A stretch of DNA of 64,000 bases from an uncultured virus (IMG/VR IMGVR_UViG_3300008266_011056) (IMGVR_UViG_3300008266_011056), one strand, 5' to 3'. Shown: positions 45,900-56,187, numbered from the stretch's first letter. A program made the numbers and translations. The notes: generated by a model from the letters alone, not told the origin.

Positions 45900-47297
45900 T
45901 TAAACCTTTATACCAGAAAAGTCTTTTGGTTTCGCCTTTAGAAATTTAGCAAAATTAATCTCTGGCTCATCATCGTCAACAGCAAAACCTGGTCCTGAAT
46001 CAGCTAGTTTCTGAGCTGTCTGTTCAAGATCATATAACTTCATCTTAGCACGATCTACACCAATAACAAAACGTTTATGGAACGAAGGATCATTGTAACG
46101 ATTCTTCAACTGCTTTACCATAATCTGATTAAGTTGCTCTAGTTCTTCTGTAGTTATAAGCGCAAACATAAAGTCTGCTGTTGCAGGTAGTCCGAATGAT
46201 TCGGATGTATCTGTCAGATCTACATCAGTATTCGAAAAACCAGATCTCGTCGTCTGAGTAGCTGACACGATAGGTAAGTTAAATTCTACAGCAAGACCAC
46301 GCAACTCTTCTGCTATGGCTTTAACATATGTATAAGAATTTACACTTCCACCTGGTTTAAATCTTGACGATGTACAAATGTTCAAGTAGTCAATAAATAT
46401 AATCTCAGGTACAAAAGATCTCTTTAGAGCTAACTCGTTAAGTAAAGATTTAAAGTGTCCTGAGTGTGCTGAAGAAGTCGGGTATTCTTTTATAATTAAC
46501 TTACCGTGTGACTTATCTGAAATCTTCTTTACTCTACTTTCAAACATCTGTTTAGGTAGATCTTTTATTTGATCCATCTCGATATTAAGTAGATTTGCAT
46601 CAATACGTTCGGCAATACGTTCTTCTGCCATTTCCATAGTAATGTATAGAACATTCTTACCTTGACTCAACGTACTTGCAGCTACGTGGCACATAAACAA
46701 AGATTTACCGACACCCGTACCTGCTAAAGCAATATTAAGTGTCTTGTTAGGCAAACCACCTTTTGTAATCTTATTGAAAAGATCAAGATCAAAAGGTACT
46801 CGTGTCTCTACATTATGATAAGAGTCATACCGGTTAGATACATCCTCAAAATAATCGTGGCCCACAGAAGAATCAAAACATACTCCTAATGCTTCTTGTA
46901 GTAATGAAGGTATACCATCTTTATTTGTTGTCTTATCGGTACCTTCCAATACACCAATAGATTTTAAAATAGCATTGTATACAGCCTTGTCTCTGCAAAA
47001 CTTCTCAGTCTCAGATACTAACCAGTTAGTATCGATATCTTGGTAATCTTGAAGTTCTTTAATTAAGTTACTTGCATCTGAATAGGCTTGCTCTTTAACA
47101 TTAGTATTTTGTAAGGATAACTCCAGGATTTCAACAGTAGGAGTCTTATTATACTTCTGTATAAATTGAGAGATTAAATCAAAAACAGATCGATCAGTAA
47201 GATCTGTAAAATATTCTTTAACTAAGAACGGTAATACTTTGCGTGCATAAGGTTCGTTATGAACCAGATTTTTCAGAATGGTTGTCTCTAGTCTCAT
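45900..47297 (-). CDS. gp41: Replicative DNA helicase
   Basis: AGTGVGKS, EMAEE, IDYL, ATQTTR, SESFGLPATAD, KNRY. Confidence 0.97.
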   Translation of the reverse strand: MRLETTILKNLVHNEPYARKVLPFLVKEYFTDLTDRSVFDLISQFIQKYNKTPTVEILELSLQNTNVKEQAYSDASNLIKELQDYQDIDTNWLVSETEKFCRDKAVYNAILKSIGVLEGTDKTTNKDGIPSLLQEALGVCFDSSVGHDYFEDVSNRYDSYHNVETRVPFDLDLFNKITKGGLPNKTLNIALAGTGVGKSLFMCHVAASTLSQGKNVLYITMEMAEERIAERIDANLLNIEMDQIKDLPKQMFESRVKKISDKSHGKLIIKEYPTSSAHSGHFKSLLNELALKRSFVPEIIFIDYLNICTSSRFKPGGSVNSYTYVKAIAEELRGLAVEFNLPIVSATQTTRSGFSNTDVDLTDTSESFGLPATADFMFALITTEELEQLNQIMVKQLKNRYNDPSFHKRFVIGVDRAKMKLYDLEQTAQKLADSGPGFAVDDDEPEINFAKFLKAKPKDFSGIKV

Positions 47298-47619
47298 TTG
47301 CTTCCAGGGCTTCTCTAAGAACATCTTCTATAATTATAGATAACAAACCTTTAAACTCCTCACTTTGTATTTCTTCTGAGGTGATAACAGCAGGTCTATG
47401 AATAAGATGGTAATCTAGACTAATATTACCTTCTTCACTCTCTACAAATTCAATCTCTTTAAACTGTACGATAGTGTCTTTGTAGTAACCGTCAATAATT
47501 TCTACACCCCAGCTCTCATCTTGAAACCAGGGTTTAAATAACTTGTTTCTATACCCCTTATTAGGAGTAATGTCCCCGTCCTCGAAGAAATTAACCTCAT
47601 GTGTAATTCTTCTACCCAT
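47257..47619 (-). CDS. Hypothetical protein at the T4 gene 40 position
   Basis: Lies between uvsX and gp41. Confidence 0.55.
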   Translation of the reverse strand: MGRRITHEVNFFEDGDITPNKGYRNKLFKPWFQDESWGVEIIDGYYKDTIVQFKEIEFVESEEGNISLDYHLIHRPAVITSEEIQSEEFKGLLSIIIEDVLREALEANETRDNHSEKSGS

Positions 47620-48683
47620 TATGTCTCTACCTTATCATACTCTGCGTTAATATCTTCCCATTCCTCAGATAGATCACTGCCTATCAAATCCGATGAAGAG
47701 ATTTGGTACTTACTAGATACAAAGTCGGAAAACTCTTGCTTCTTTAAAATAGGTAACCAGAAGTCCTTAGTCATTGTATCTTTCAGTCTATACTTTGCTT
47801 CATCTCCTTTACGTTGATACCAACCGTTGGATGGTTTAGTTACAAACCCACCCTCTAAAGCTACATCCAGGAGACCAGACCATCTACTAATACCACCTTC
47901 AAAACTTACATCAATAGCAATTTTAGATTTCTCTTTTACATAACGTGATTTCTCAACGTTAATAATAAAGCTATAACCGATCAATTCAGAACCATCTTTA
48001 TCCTGCTGACGACCGATAATGTAAATATTATCAGCGGAGTAGTAAACACCCGTACCACCAGAAACAATATCTCTAGGATATAAACCAATCTCTTTATAGG
48101 TATGATTAACCACTACCATAGGAATATCCTTCATGGTCAAATGTGGTGTTACCATTCTGAATAATGACTTGAGTTGCTTAGCCCTTGACATATCAGCTAC
48201 TGACTTACCGTCAATAGCATCTTCTACTTCTTTTCTAGATGCTAAATTACCAACAGAATCAACGATGATGATAACGTGATCCCCGCGCTCAATATTGCTA
48301 AGTTGAGCCATTGAGTCGTGCTTAAGTTGCTCAATATCGGTGATAGGAGTATGGACCACTCTCTTCGTATCAATGCCAAAGCTATCAAAGTAAGACTGAG
48401 GAGACCCAAACTCGCTATCATAAAAAAGAATAGCTGCATCATCGTATTTTTCCAGGTATGACTTTGCTAGTAGTAATGCAAAGGCGGTTTTAAAATGCTT
48501 AGAGGGTCCAGCAAACACTGTTAACCCAGGAGTAAGGCCGCCGTCAAGACGGCCCGAAAGTGCAACATTGATCATCGGAACTGACGTTTGTATCAGGTCC
48601 TTAGAATTAAAAAACTTGGAATCAGATAGTATATCTGTCTCTTTAATAGTAGTATTTTTTTTCAACTTGTCCAAAAGACTCAT
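47619..48683 (-). CDS. uvsX: RecA-like recombinase
   Basis: GPSKHFKT, YDSEFG, DSVGNLAS, GGTG. Confidence 0.97.
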   Translation of the reverse strand: MSLLDKLKKNTTIKETDILSDSKFFNSKDLIQTSVPMINVALSGRLDGGLTPGLTVFAGPSKHFKTAFALLLAKSYLEKYDDAAILFYDSEFGSPQSYFDSFGIDTKRVVHTPITDIEQLKHDSMAQLSNIERGDHVIIIVDSVGNLASRKEVEDAIDGKSVADMSRAKQLKSLFRMVTPHLTMKDIPMVVVNHTYKEIGLYPRDIVSGGTGVYYSADNIYIIGRQQDKDGSELIGYSFIINVEKSRYVKEKSKIAIDVSFEGGISRWSGLLDVALEGGFVTKPSNGWYQRKGDEAKYRLKDTMTKDFWLPILKKQEFSDFVSSKYQISSSDLIGSDLSEEWEDINAEYDKVET

Positions 48684-48715
48684 AATAACCTCGTATGTAT
48701 TTTGTATTATCTTGT

Positions 48716-48744
48716 ATTATAGAGTATAAAGTTCTGTATATCAA
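48716..48744 (-). promoter_or_regulatory. Sigma70-like promoter for uvsX-gp41
   Basis: TTGATA-N17-TATAAT. Confidence 0.7.
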
Positions 48745-49178
48745 TTGCACCAGCTTTGTTTCGCTTCACCGTAATACTCTCTTGCATAACCATTTTGAAT
48801 AAGCATTTGACGAAGGCTTTGCCCGTCTAAAATTACATCACCTAACACTCTACCACCAAACTTATCCCAGTCCATTAATAGCACTTGACGCTTTAACGAC
48901 TTAGCAACAGCGTTTTTAGTAAACTCAGACGCTGCCTTACCTTTCGCGTCTTCAGCGGGGCATTGTGCGCGATGACCTTTTTCTGGAGTATCAACCCCGA
49001 ACACTCTCACTGCGAGTTCTTTAGGTAGTGGGTCAGGAAGCCAGTTAGCCTGAAACGCTACGGTGTCTCCATCTTTAACGCGTGTAATGGTTACATCATA
49101 AAGTACGCCTGGTTTCTGTTTACCTTGAGCAAATGTAAGGAGGGGTAAGAATGCTAGTAAAAGTAATAATTTTTTCAT
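48741..49178 (-). CDS. Thermonuclease (SNase) family protein with signal peptide
   Basis: DGDT, R..GVDTPE, DKFGGRVL; MKKLLLLLAFLP signal. Confidence 0.88.
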   Translation of the reverse strand: MKKLLLLLAFLPLLTFAQGKQKPGVLYDVTITRVKDGDTVAFQANWLPDPLPKELAVRVFGVDTPEKGHRAQCPAEDAKGKAASEFTKNAVAKSLKRQVLLMDWDKFGGRVLGDVILDGQSLRQMLIQNGYAREYYGEAKQSWCN

Positions 49179-51685
49179 ACAAATAATCCTTCTAATGTGG
49201 CTTGTTCTTTTATATTCCACCCAACACATTTTAATAATGAATTAAGCGGTTCTAGAAACGACTTTTCAAACATAGTTTCATAATCTACATATTCACGAAG
49301 TCTAAGTTCTTTTGGAATAACCGAATTGAAAGTAATTACATGGGTACTGTAAGGATTCGGCTCCTTCAAATAAACGAACTTAATTTTGTCACCTTCTTGA
49401 ATAAACTGATATTGTTTTTCAAGTTCTCTACTACGTATTAAATGATTATATATCAAGGCACCCCTCACATGAATCGGAGTACCTTTTCGGAAGATACTAG
49501 TCTTATCGCTATACTCTTTCAACCCATTAACACTTCGTGGAAAAGATATCTCCTCTGGTTCTAACTTTCTCCACTCACTTTCCAGTTTATTTACAAAAGC
49601 TCTTAGCGTTTCTTCATCTTTAGTTAGAACAATACTTACCGCTTCTTTAAGAGCTTTACGTACAGGAGCGGGTGTCGATGACCGAACAATCTCCATACCC
49701 AACACTTTGAGTTTAGGTGGGTCGTAAACAACACCCTCTGCATTGTGTACGTTTAATGCATAGCGTTTTTTAGCAATCCAAACACCCCGATCAGCGATTA
49801 CTTCTCTTTTGAACTTGATTTTCTTTTGGTAGGCGTTGAGGTAGTTTGAGACTTCGTCGCAGGTTGCGTTGATAGTAGGCTCGATTCTGGTACTGCAATA
49901 GTGGTCAATTTGTTCCACAAGTCCGGTCGTTGGTCCATCTTTGCCGACATTTTTGACATAATTACCCAAGGTAAAATAGGTAGAATCAGTATCAGAATAA
50001 AAAGAATAATCAATTCCATTTGTTTTACACTCCTTATTAATAAATTCGTTAAGTTTGTTGGCGACCGATCTAATAATAAATTGACCGGTCATGGTAATAC
50101 CTTCAGCCACTCGTATATCATAGTATCTAAAGTAAATGTTACCCATGGCACCGTAAAGCGAGTTCATCAAAATCTTCGCTGCCATCTGTTTAGAATTTAA
50201 ACTAGATACCTCTTTTAGATATTTTTCATCTTTTGTTTCTTCGTACAACGTCTGCATCTCTAACATGAGCTTCTTAGCTTTCTGCCGTTCAGCAAAATAA
50301 AATTCAATCAGCTCAGGAAAGATACCTTTCTTTTCTCTACTAAAACATTGACCGTTAGCAGTCATTGCATAGTTTTTCTCTTTTAAATTATCAGTTATGA
50401 ACTCTCTATCGAGTAATTTTTGTATCGATCTTTCGTCATCTGCTAAGTACTTTTGACCGTTAATTAATGTCTCAGGAGACATATTCCAGGACATAATTAT
50501 GGAAGGATACAGCGAAGTAGCGTCAAAAGATACTACCCAATCATACTGACCAGGTACAGGTTCTTTAACGTACGCACCCATAATCTGTCTATCACTTTCC
50601 GGGTCCACTCCTGGTGGATTATGTACTATGATGTCTCGCTTTAACAACGCATTATACAGTATACAGTCCCAGGTGCGAACTGAAGAGAAGATATCTAAAA
50701 AGTTACACTTAGCATCATACGCCATAGTCAAGATAAGATTAATAAGCTTCATCTTATCTTCTAGTTCATCAACTAGTCTTACGTCTGTAATATTATAGTC
50801 TACGAATAATTCCCAATCTTTTGTATAGAATTCTTTGAATGATCCATAGTTATGTTTGATCTTCTGCTTACCTAACTCTTCTTTAGAGATATAATCTAGA
50901 GAATAAGACTCTTGAACCTTATATGAGAATTTCTTATATAGATCCATGTAATCCAGCACTGAGATACCATGCCAGTCGCAAGCCATCACTGTCCTACCTC
51001 TGGAGAATGGGACTTCTCTAAACTGGACCATCCCCCAGGGTGAGCATTCGCTAAGTGAATCCTTACCTAATACTCGTTCAATTCGGGAAGATAAATATGC
51101 AATATCGAATAGTTGAACGTTCCATCCAGTTATAATATCTGGATAATCCTTTTTAAGATGGTCAATAAACTTACGTAATAAATCGAATTCATCATTACAT
51201 TGAATATATTCTGAATCTTCGGTTTTGCACAAGTAGGGTTTACAACCAAAAGACAAAGATCTCTTGGTATTAAAATCTTGTACGGTAATCAGCAAGATCT
51301 CTTCTTGAGCAGTTCGAGGGTCAGGAAAGCCATACTCAGTAGATGTTTCTATATCAATGGTCACAATTTTCATATGTGACGTATCAAACTTTATAATACC
51401 TGGAAAAAGTTTGCTAATGAATTGATATACGAAATTAGTATTTCCATAGATTGGAAAGTTACTAACTTCCTTATAATTCTTAATGAAATCTCTAGCTTCG
51501 TTGAGACTGTCGAATCTTATTCTTTCGAGATTCTCACCTGTAAGAGATTTATATTTTGTCTCTTTACCTGAACGAACGAAGAGTGAGGGCTTGAAAGGTA
51601 TTTTTTCATTTATGCGTTTACCGTCGTGAACACCACGAAAGTAAACGAAATTGCCGCGAGTAACAATATTGGTATAGTATAGCAT
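49175..51685 (-). CDS. gp43: Family B DNA polymerase
   Basis: Exo DIET, FDATSLYPS, K..MNSLYG, YSDTDS, KKRY. Confidence 0.98.
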   Translation of the reverse strand: MLYYTNIVTRGNFVYFRGVHDGKRINEKIPFKPSLFVRSGKETKYKSLTGENLERIRFDSLNEARDFIKNYKEVSNFPIYGNTNFVYQFISKLFPGIIKFDTSHMKIVTIDIETSTEYGFPDPRTAQEEILLITVQDFNTKRSLSFGCKPYLCKTEDSEYIQCNDEFDLLRKFIDHLKKDYPDIITGWNVQLFDIAYLSSRIERVLGKDSLSECSPWGMVQFREVPFSRGRTVMACDWHGISVLDYMDLYKKFSYKVQESYSLDYISKEELGKQKIKHNYGSFKEFYTKDWELFVDYNITDVRLVDELEDKMKLINLILTMAYDAKCNFLDIFSSVRTWDCILYNALLKRDIIVHNPPGVDPESDRQIMGAYVKEPVPGQYDWVVSFDATSLYPSIIMSWNMSPETLINGQKYLADDERSIQKLLDREFITDNLKEKNYAMTANGQCFSREKKGIFPELIEFYFAERQKAKKLMLEMQTLYEETKDEKYLKEVSSLNSKQMAAKILMNSLYGAMGNIYFRYYDIRVAEGITMTGQFIIRSVANKLNEFINKECKTNGIDYSFYSDTDSTYFTLGNYVKNVGKDGPTTGLVEQIDHYCSTRIEPTINATCDEVSNYLNAYQKKIKFKREVIADRGVWIAKKRYALNVHNAEGVVYDPPKLKVLGMEIVRSSTPAPVRKALKEAVSIVLTKDEETLRAFVNKLESEWRKLEPEEISFPRSVNGLKEYSDKTSIFRKGTPIHVRGALIYNHLIRSRELEKQYQFIQEGDKIKFVYLKEPNPYSTHVITFNSVIPKELRLREYVDYETMFEKSFLEPLNSLLKCVGWNIKEQATLEGLFV

Positions 51686-51734
51686 ATTTTAGATTATATA
51701 GGATATTTATGTACTAAACAATAGAGAAGGGTAA

Positions 51735-52529
51735 ATGGATCCGCTAACACTTTTTGCCTTAGCAAATGGTGCGGTGCAAGCAGTAAAAAAAGGATGTGAA
51801 TTATATAAAGAACTCTCCGGGGTAGCCGGGGATGTAAAAGGGGTACTAGACGATTTAGAGTCACAGTTTAACTCTCGTCATAAAGATAAACCCCCTACTA
51901 TAGCTGAGAAGAACCAATACGTAGAAGAAAAAAATCGAATAATAGAATTAAGTAAAAAACAACCTAACGACATTTACACTACCATTGGAGAAGAGTTAGG
52001 TGTTTACTTTGAAAATTATGCTAAGTGCACCGCTATATTTGAAGAAGAAGAAAAACATGCTCAAGAAGTTTATACAGGAGAAACAAGTCTAGGAAAAAGA
52101 GCTTTACAACGTGTTTTAATGCAAAGTAGGCTTACGGCTATGCAAGCAGAGTTACGTGAGCTTATGGTTTACAACTGCCCTACAGAATTAGGTGATCTAT
52201 ACACCCGTGTAGAGAAAATGATGGAGAAGATGAAAAAGGAACAGGCAGTTGCATGGACTAAAAAAAGAGCTGCAGATAAAATTGCTGCAGCGAAAAGAAA
52301 GAAAAGATTAGAGCATATAAAATGTAACGCGTACAAATACGGCATAGCTTTCGTTCTTACAATGTACTTAAGCTGGCTTGTGTGGGCAGTAGTTCAGGTT
52401 AGAATTGAAAATAATCCTGAACTAGGTATTTGTCTACTCCCAAAAGGAACTTGGCCATACCAGCACTACAACAACTTAAAGTGGGTCGACTGCGAACCCG
52501 AATACTTAATTTTAAAGGAACGAAAATGA
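51735..52529 (+). CDS. Hypothetical coiled-coil protein with C-terminal TM
   Basis: 264 aa; helical pattern and one TM. Confidence 0.7.
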   Translation: MDPLTLFALANGAVQAVKKGCELYKELSGVAGDVKGVLDDLESQFNSRHKDKPPTIAEKNQYVEEKNRIIELSKKQPNDIYTTIGEELGVYFENYAKCTAIFEEEEKHAQEVYTGETSLGKRALQRVLMQSRLTAMQAELRELMVYNCPTELGDLYTRVEKMMEKMKKEQAVAWTKKRAADKIAAAKRKKRLEHIKCNAYKYGIAFVLTMYLSWLVWAVVQVRIENNPELGICLLPKGTWPYQHYNNLKWVDCEPEYLILKERK

Positions 52530-52984
52530 ATATCTTGCTCTTTGCTATATTGTTCTTAATGTCAATATTAAATGCCGGCGCTGAACCATTAAGACTAAAG
52601 GTTACACCAGTAGGTAACGAACAATTTATATCATATGATGAAAATGATTGGTACTTTGTAGCTAAAGAATCTAACTATAACGTTTATCTTGCAAAAGGTG
52701 AAGTAGAAAATAAAAACGGATACTTTATGATACAATCACTTACATCTTATGATGGTCATGAAATCTATAGCTATATGGAAAAACCTGTAAAGAGAGTTTA
52801 TACTTACGGTGCGTTAGATTGTGCAAATAAACAACTCTACTTACTAGGTAGTTTATATTCTGCAGAAGATGATACAGTACAATATCTACAGTACCATGAA
52901 ATGGGTACTTGGATAGCCGATCTTGCAGCAGAAGGTACTGCTAGAAACGAGGTTTACAAAGCAATTTGTAATACATCTATATAA
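52526..52984 (+). CDS. Hypothetical secreted/periplasmic protein
   Basis: ATGA-coupled start MNILLFAILF signal peptide; Cys pair. Confidence 0.65.
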   Translation: MNILLFAILFLMSILNAGAEPLRLKVTPVGNEQFISYDENDWYFVAKESNYNVYLAKGEVENKNGYFMIQSLTSYDGHEIYSYMEKPVKRVYTYGALDCANKQLYLLGSLYSAEDDTVQYLQYHEMGTWIADLAAEGTARNEVYKAICNTSI

Positions 52985-53414
52985 TGGTTGCGAGGATAGG
53001 ATTCGAACCTATGACCTCTGGATTATGAGTCCAGCGCGCTACCTCTGCGCCACCCCGCGACTGACTATCACCCGGTTCGACTCTGTAGTTATCTTCTACA
53101 GAGTCGGGTGTAGATACTTCTAAAACAATCCCCTCTTCTATACAATAAAGTTGATGAGGAGTCAAAGGGGGATTATGTACTATATCCCCCTCCACTGCTT
53201 CTTTTGAATACCGGTCGGCTGTATCTGTATCGATCCAGGTAACTATAAACTTACCTTTAAGAATGTACCAGGTTTCTTCTTTTTGAGCATGAAAATGCAT
53301 TGAGAATTTAGCACCTGTTTTAAAGTGCATAAATTTACTACAGTATTTATCGGAGGTAACCCATATATCTTCGTACCCCCAACCTTTTTCAACTTTACCG
53401 CTTAATCGCGCCAT
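52977..53414 (-). CDS. Cupin (mannose-6-phosphate-isomerase-like)
   Basis: KGWG.E..SMHFH..K.ETW..H..EVST.D..DNYRV..GDSQ. Confidence 0.8.
   Translation of the reverse strand: MARLSGKVEKGWGYEDIWVTSDKYCSKFMHFKTGAKFSMHFHAQKEETWYILKGKFIVTWIDTDTADRYSKEAVEGDIVHNPPLTPHQLYCIEEGIVLEVSTPDSVEDNYRVEPGDSQSRGGAEVARWTHNPEVIGSNPILATII
52985..53059 (-). tRNA. Initiator-type tRNA-Met (CAT)
   Basis: CGCGGGG..CTGGA-CTCATAA-TCCAG..GGTTCGAATCC..CCTCGCA-ACCA; C1:A72 mismatch; encoded CCA. Confidence 0.9.
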
Positions 53415-54127
53415 GGAAACTTACCCTTATACTTTTCTTCCATCTTAGCATTACCCTGTAGGAAGAACTCTGGCTGTACCGAACCTTGATTACCACCACA
53501 ACGATAATTCAAAGTGTATTTACTAGTACAACCGAAGTTTTTATGCTTAAAGTGATCTTTAAGGATAGTAAAGAAGCGCCTATCAGCACCCCAACCATGA
53601 TGCCACAGATAACCTACCTGGTTAAAGAACTCTGTCTTATAACAGTAAGAGCTAGTATCAACTAAAAACGCATCATCATTTACCCATACAGGCCATCTAC
53701 CTAAAGATTCACAATTATCATCACAAACATAATTACCATGCTCATCATGAATACGTCTTAGTGAATAAACATAATCAAAATTAAAACGTTTCAATTCATC
53801 TAAACAAATTTCAACGTGATCTGGTTGATACCAGTTATCTTGATCTAAAAAAAGCATATAATCATGGTTAACTAGATGACTGAAGCCAGCCATAACTCTA
53901 TGACCATAAAAACCATCACCACCGGTATTGTAAGGTAAATAACATACATCAATACGGTCATCATTAAACTCAGAAACAATAGTTTCTACTTCATGTTTAA
54001 ATTTTTTACCGTCACATACAAGTAAAAGGTCTACATCTACCGTTTGATGCAGTACCGATTTAATTGCATTACTTACAATTTCATTCCCTGTCGTAGGGAT
54101 AATAACAAGAGCTTTATCTAGTCCCAT
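53402..54127 (-). CDS. GT-A / GT2 glycosyltransferase
   Basis: VIIPT..SVL.Q..CDG..FLDQD..D. Confidence 0.8.
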   Translation of the reverse strand: MGLDKALVIIPTTGNEIVSNAIKSVLHQTVDVDLLLVCDGKKFKHEVETIVSEFNDDRIDVCYLPYNTGGDGFYGHRVMAGFSHLVNHDYMLFLDQDNWYQPDHVEICLDELKRFNFDYVYSLRRIHDEHGNYVCDDNCESLGRWPVWVNDDAFLVDTSSYCYKTEFFNQVGYLWHHGWGADRRFFTILKDHFKHKNFGCTSKYTLNYRCGGNQGSVQPEFFLQGNAKMEEKYKGKFPWRD

Positions 54128-54786
54128 AATCCTTGATAATACTTTCCAAATAGTCTTAAACCGTTAGAGATACGATCTTGCATCTCTTGACGGGCTTTCC
54201 AATCACAGGTGCGATTACCTAAAATTTCCATACTCTTTAAATTAGGATCTTCTGTATCTATAAACTTTATTTCACCCAATTCACCAGACCAAAATTGCTC
54301 ATCCCAGTCTTCGTTTAATACACATTCAAAGGCAAAAATCATCTCGTTAAGAACCCAATCCCAACGACGATGAGTTATATCCCAAGAATCTTTCTCATAT
54401 TTTTCATGATCCTCAAATTTCAATTCTAATTGAGATGACCAATCTTCGTGGCCAACTATGCGAAGTTCTTTAGGAACATCCTCTAAATCAACTTGTGGTG
54501 AACCATGCTTAGTATCCCTAAGCTGAATAAGCATTGGTAAAATAATTAAAGCAAGCGTATGATCCATTGACCAGGTATCATACTTATCAATCTTTATTTT
54601 AATCTTACGTTTTTTCTTACTTTCTACCCAATGGCAGAAACGAGTAAGCCCTGGAATATTTTTATCTAACCAGGTGCCAAAGTCGTGAACACGGTCGTCA
54701 TTAAATCTGTCCATCCAGAAAAGAAGCTTCTCAGCTATCTGATATGGTCCAATCCAATTACGATACGGGCCTATCGTTACTTTCAT
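54118..54786 (-). CDS. Conserved hypothetical phage protein
   Basis: DTWSMD.TLA.II.PML..W..VL.EMI.AF..GL.LFGKY...LWD. Confidence 0.75.
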   Translation of the reverse strand: MKVTIGPYRNWIGPYQIAEKLLFWMDRFNDDRVHDFGTWLDKNIPGLTRFCHWVESKKKRKIKIKIDKYDTWSMDHTLALIILPMLIQLRDTKHGSPQVDLEDVPKELRIVGHEDWSSQLELKFEDHEKYEKDSWDITHRRWDWVLNEMIFAFECVLNEDWDEQFWSGELGEIKFIDTEDPNLKSMEILGNRTCDWKARQEMQDRISNGLRLFGKYYQGLWD

Positions 54787-54958
54787 CTCGTTCCTTTTTA
54801 GTAGCGTTTCTAACTATTAAATTACCGTTTTCCATATCGAAGTTAATAGTATCACCTTCACGCCAATCGTTTTCTTCTAAAAATTCAGGACTGAATTCTA
54901 GAATCCAGTCCCCAGAGCCATCTTCAGCTTCTATAAGTTTACCTGGTGGGTTTTTCAT
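54758..54958 (-). CDS. AbrB/MazE-like small DNA-binding protein
   Basis: ILEF.PE.LE..W.EGD.I pattern. Confidence 0.55.
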   Translation of the reverse strand: MKNPPGKLIEAEDGSGDWILEFSPEFLEENDWREGDTINFDMENGNLIVRNATKKERDESNDRPVS

Positions 54959-55152
54959 TAGTAACCTAGCTTCTTTGAATCAAATACTAATTCTTTATCA
55001 GGAGTTGTTTCTTTAATAACATCCAACATCATTTCGACTATGTAGAGCTCGTCCTCTTTACCTTTCTTCCTAAGGTAATACATACAATCATTAAGATAAG
55101 AAATAATCTCACGTCGATAAGAGTTACGAATATTAGCTCTTGCTTCTTTCAT
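54958..55152 (-). CDS. Hypothetical protein
   Basis: GAGG RBS; coupled ORF. Confidence 0.6.
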   Translation of the reverse strand: MKEARANIRNSYRREIISYLNDCMYYLRKKGKEDELYIVEMMLDVIKETTPDKELVFDSKKLGY

Positions 55153-55161
55153 AAAATAACC

Positions 55162-55683
55162 TCAATCAAAATTATACAATGTAGGTCTATTATTATCTAC
55201 TGCTTTAATTAAATTATCCACCGTTACTTTAAAGTCACCTGTATGTAAGATACCGATACCACCGGCGCTAAACCATTCTTCTATGTTAGACCGTTTATCA
55301 TCTATCAGTATATCACCTGGTTTAGCCCATTTCTGCTTGTCTCTAGAATAAGGACCGTAATTAACTTTAAAACCTGGAAAGTACTTATCTAACCACATCT
55401 TCTTATCTAGTGCAGCGGAAGGCATGGTAGTTGCTCGAGGTACAGCTGTAAGAAACTCTACTTTAAACCTTGTTGAGAAACTTTTAGCTGCCGCAACGAG
55501 CATAGTTGATTCTTCAATTAAAGGTAACTTAAAGTAAAAATTTTCTACAGAAGTAAGTGTATCCCATTCTTCGGAAGAAAGATCTTTTTCATTCCAGCCG
55601 ATCTCACGACCTAAAAGGTCAGAAGCGAACTTATTGAAGTCCGCTACCACTCCATCCATATCTAAGTAGATGGTGCGTATCAT
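55162..55683 (-). CDS. HAD 5'(3')-deoxyribonucleotidase
   Basis: DMDGV, LT, K..W, ILIDD. Confidence 0.88.
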   Translation of the reverse strand: MIRTIYLDMDGVVADFNKFASDLLGREIGWNEKDLSSEEWDTLTSVENFYFKLPLIEESTMLVAAAKSFSTRFKVEFLTAVPRATTMPSAALDKKMWLDKYFPGFKVNYGPYSRDKQKWAKPGDILIDDKRSNIEEWFSAGGIGILHTGDFKVTVDNLIKAVDNNRPTLYNFD

Positions 55684-55871
55684 CTTTCACTCCATTTAGT
55701 TTCATTCAAAGGTTGAGGAACAACTACACATACAACATCAACTACAGTTTCTATTCTATCCCAGAATACATGATTAGTAGGAACATAGTAACAAACTTGT
55801 TGTGGGGTTGTAGTAGCTACTGCGGCCGAAACAGCAGTAGCAGCTACGGTTTTAGAGAGCACTAATGGCAT
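55680..55871 (-). CDS. Hypothetical protein
   Basis: ATGA-coupled ORF. Confidence 0.5.
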   Translation of the reverse strand: MPLVLSKTVAATAVSAAVATTTPQQVCYYVPTNHVFWDRIETVVDVVCVVVPQPLNETKWSER

Positions 55872-55887
55872 AATATAGAAAAAGAGT

Positions 55888-56187
55888 TTACTGCACGCAG
55901 ACCATTACTTCGTTACGAACCATACCTGTTAAAGGGTCACGAACGGGTACCAGACAGTTATAAGTCTGCTGAAAATAGTTCTGTATGGGAGTATGGTACA
56001 CCGTCCTAGGAGGAAGTGTAGCAAGGCCACCAGGACCGTAGACCTGAGGTGGATAGGCGTAAGGTTGTTGTGATTTAGTAATCACAGAACCAAGAACTAC
56101 ACCACCCACCAAAGGTAAAATCCAGTCACTGGCTACAGCATTTCCTGTAACACCAGCAAACAATAACGTAACAATTAACTTTTTCAT
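55888..56187 (-). CDS. Secreted Pro-rich hypothetical protein
   Basis: Signal peptide, Gly-zipper-like segment, C-terminal Cys pair; AAGGAG RBS. Confidence 0.7.
   Translation of the reverse strand: MKKLIVTLLFAGVTGNAVASDWILPLVGGVVLGSVITKSQQPYAYPPQVYGPGGLATLPPRTVYHTPIQNYFQQTYNCLVPVRDPLTGMVRNEVMVCVQ

Noticed and set aside
51735..53059. tRNA-targeted integrative element
   Set aside because: No integrase and no duplicated tRNA 3' end seen
52923..53123. Plus-strand 66-aa ORF
   Set aside because: Shadow of the tRNA and cupin genes
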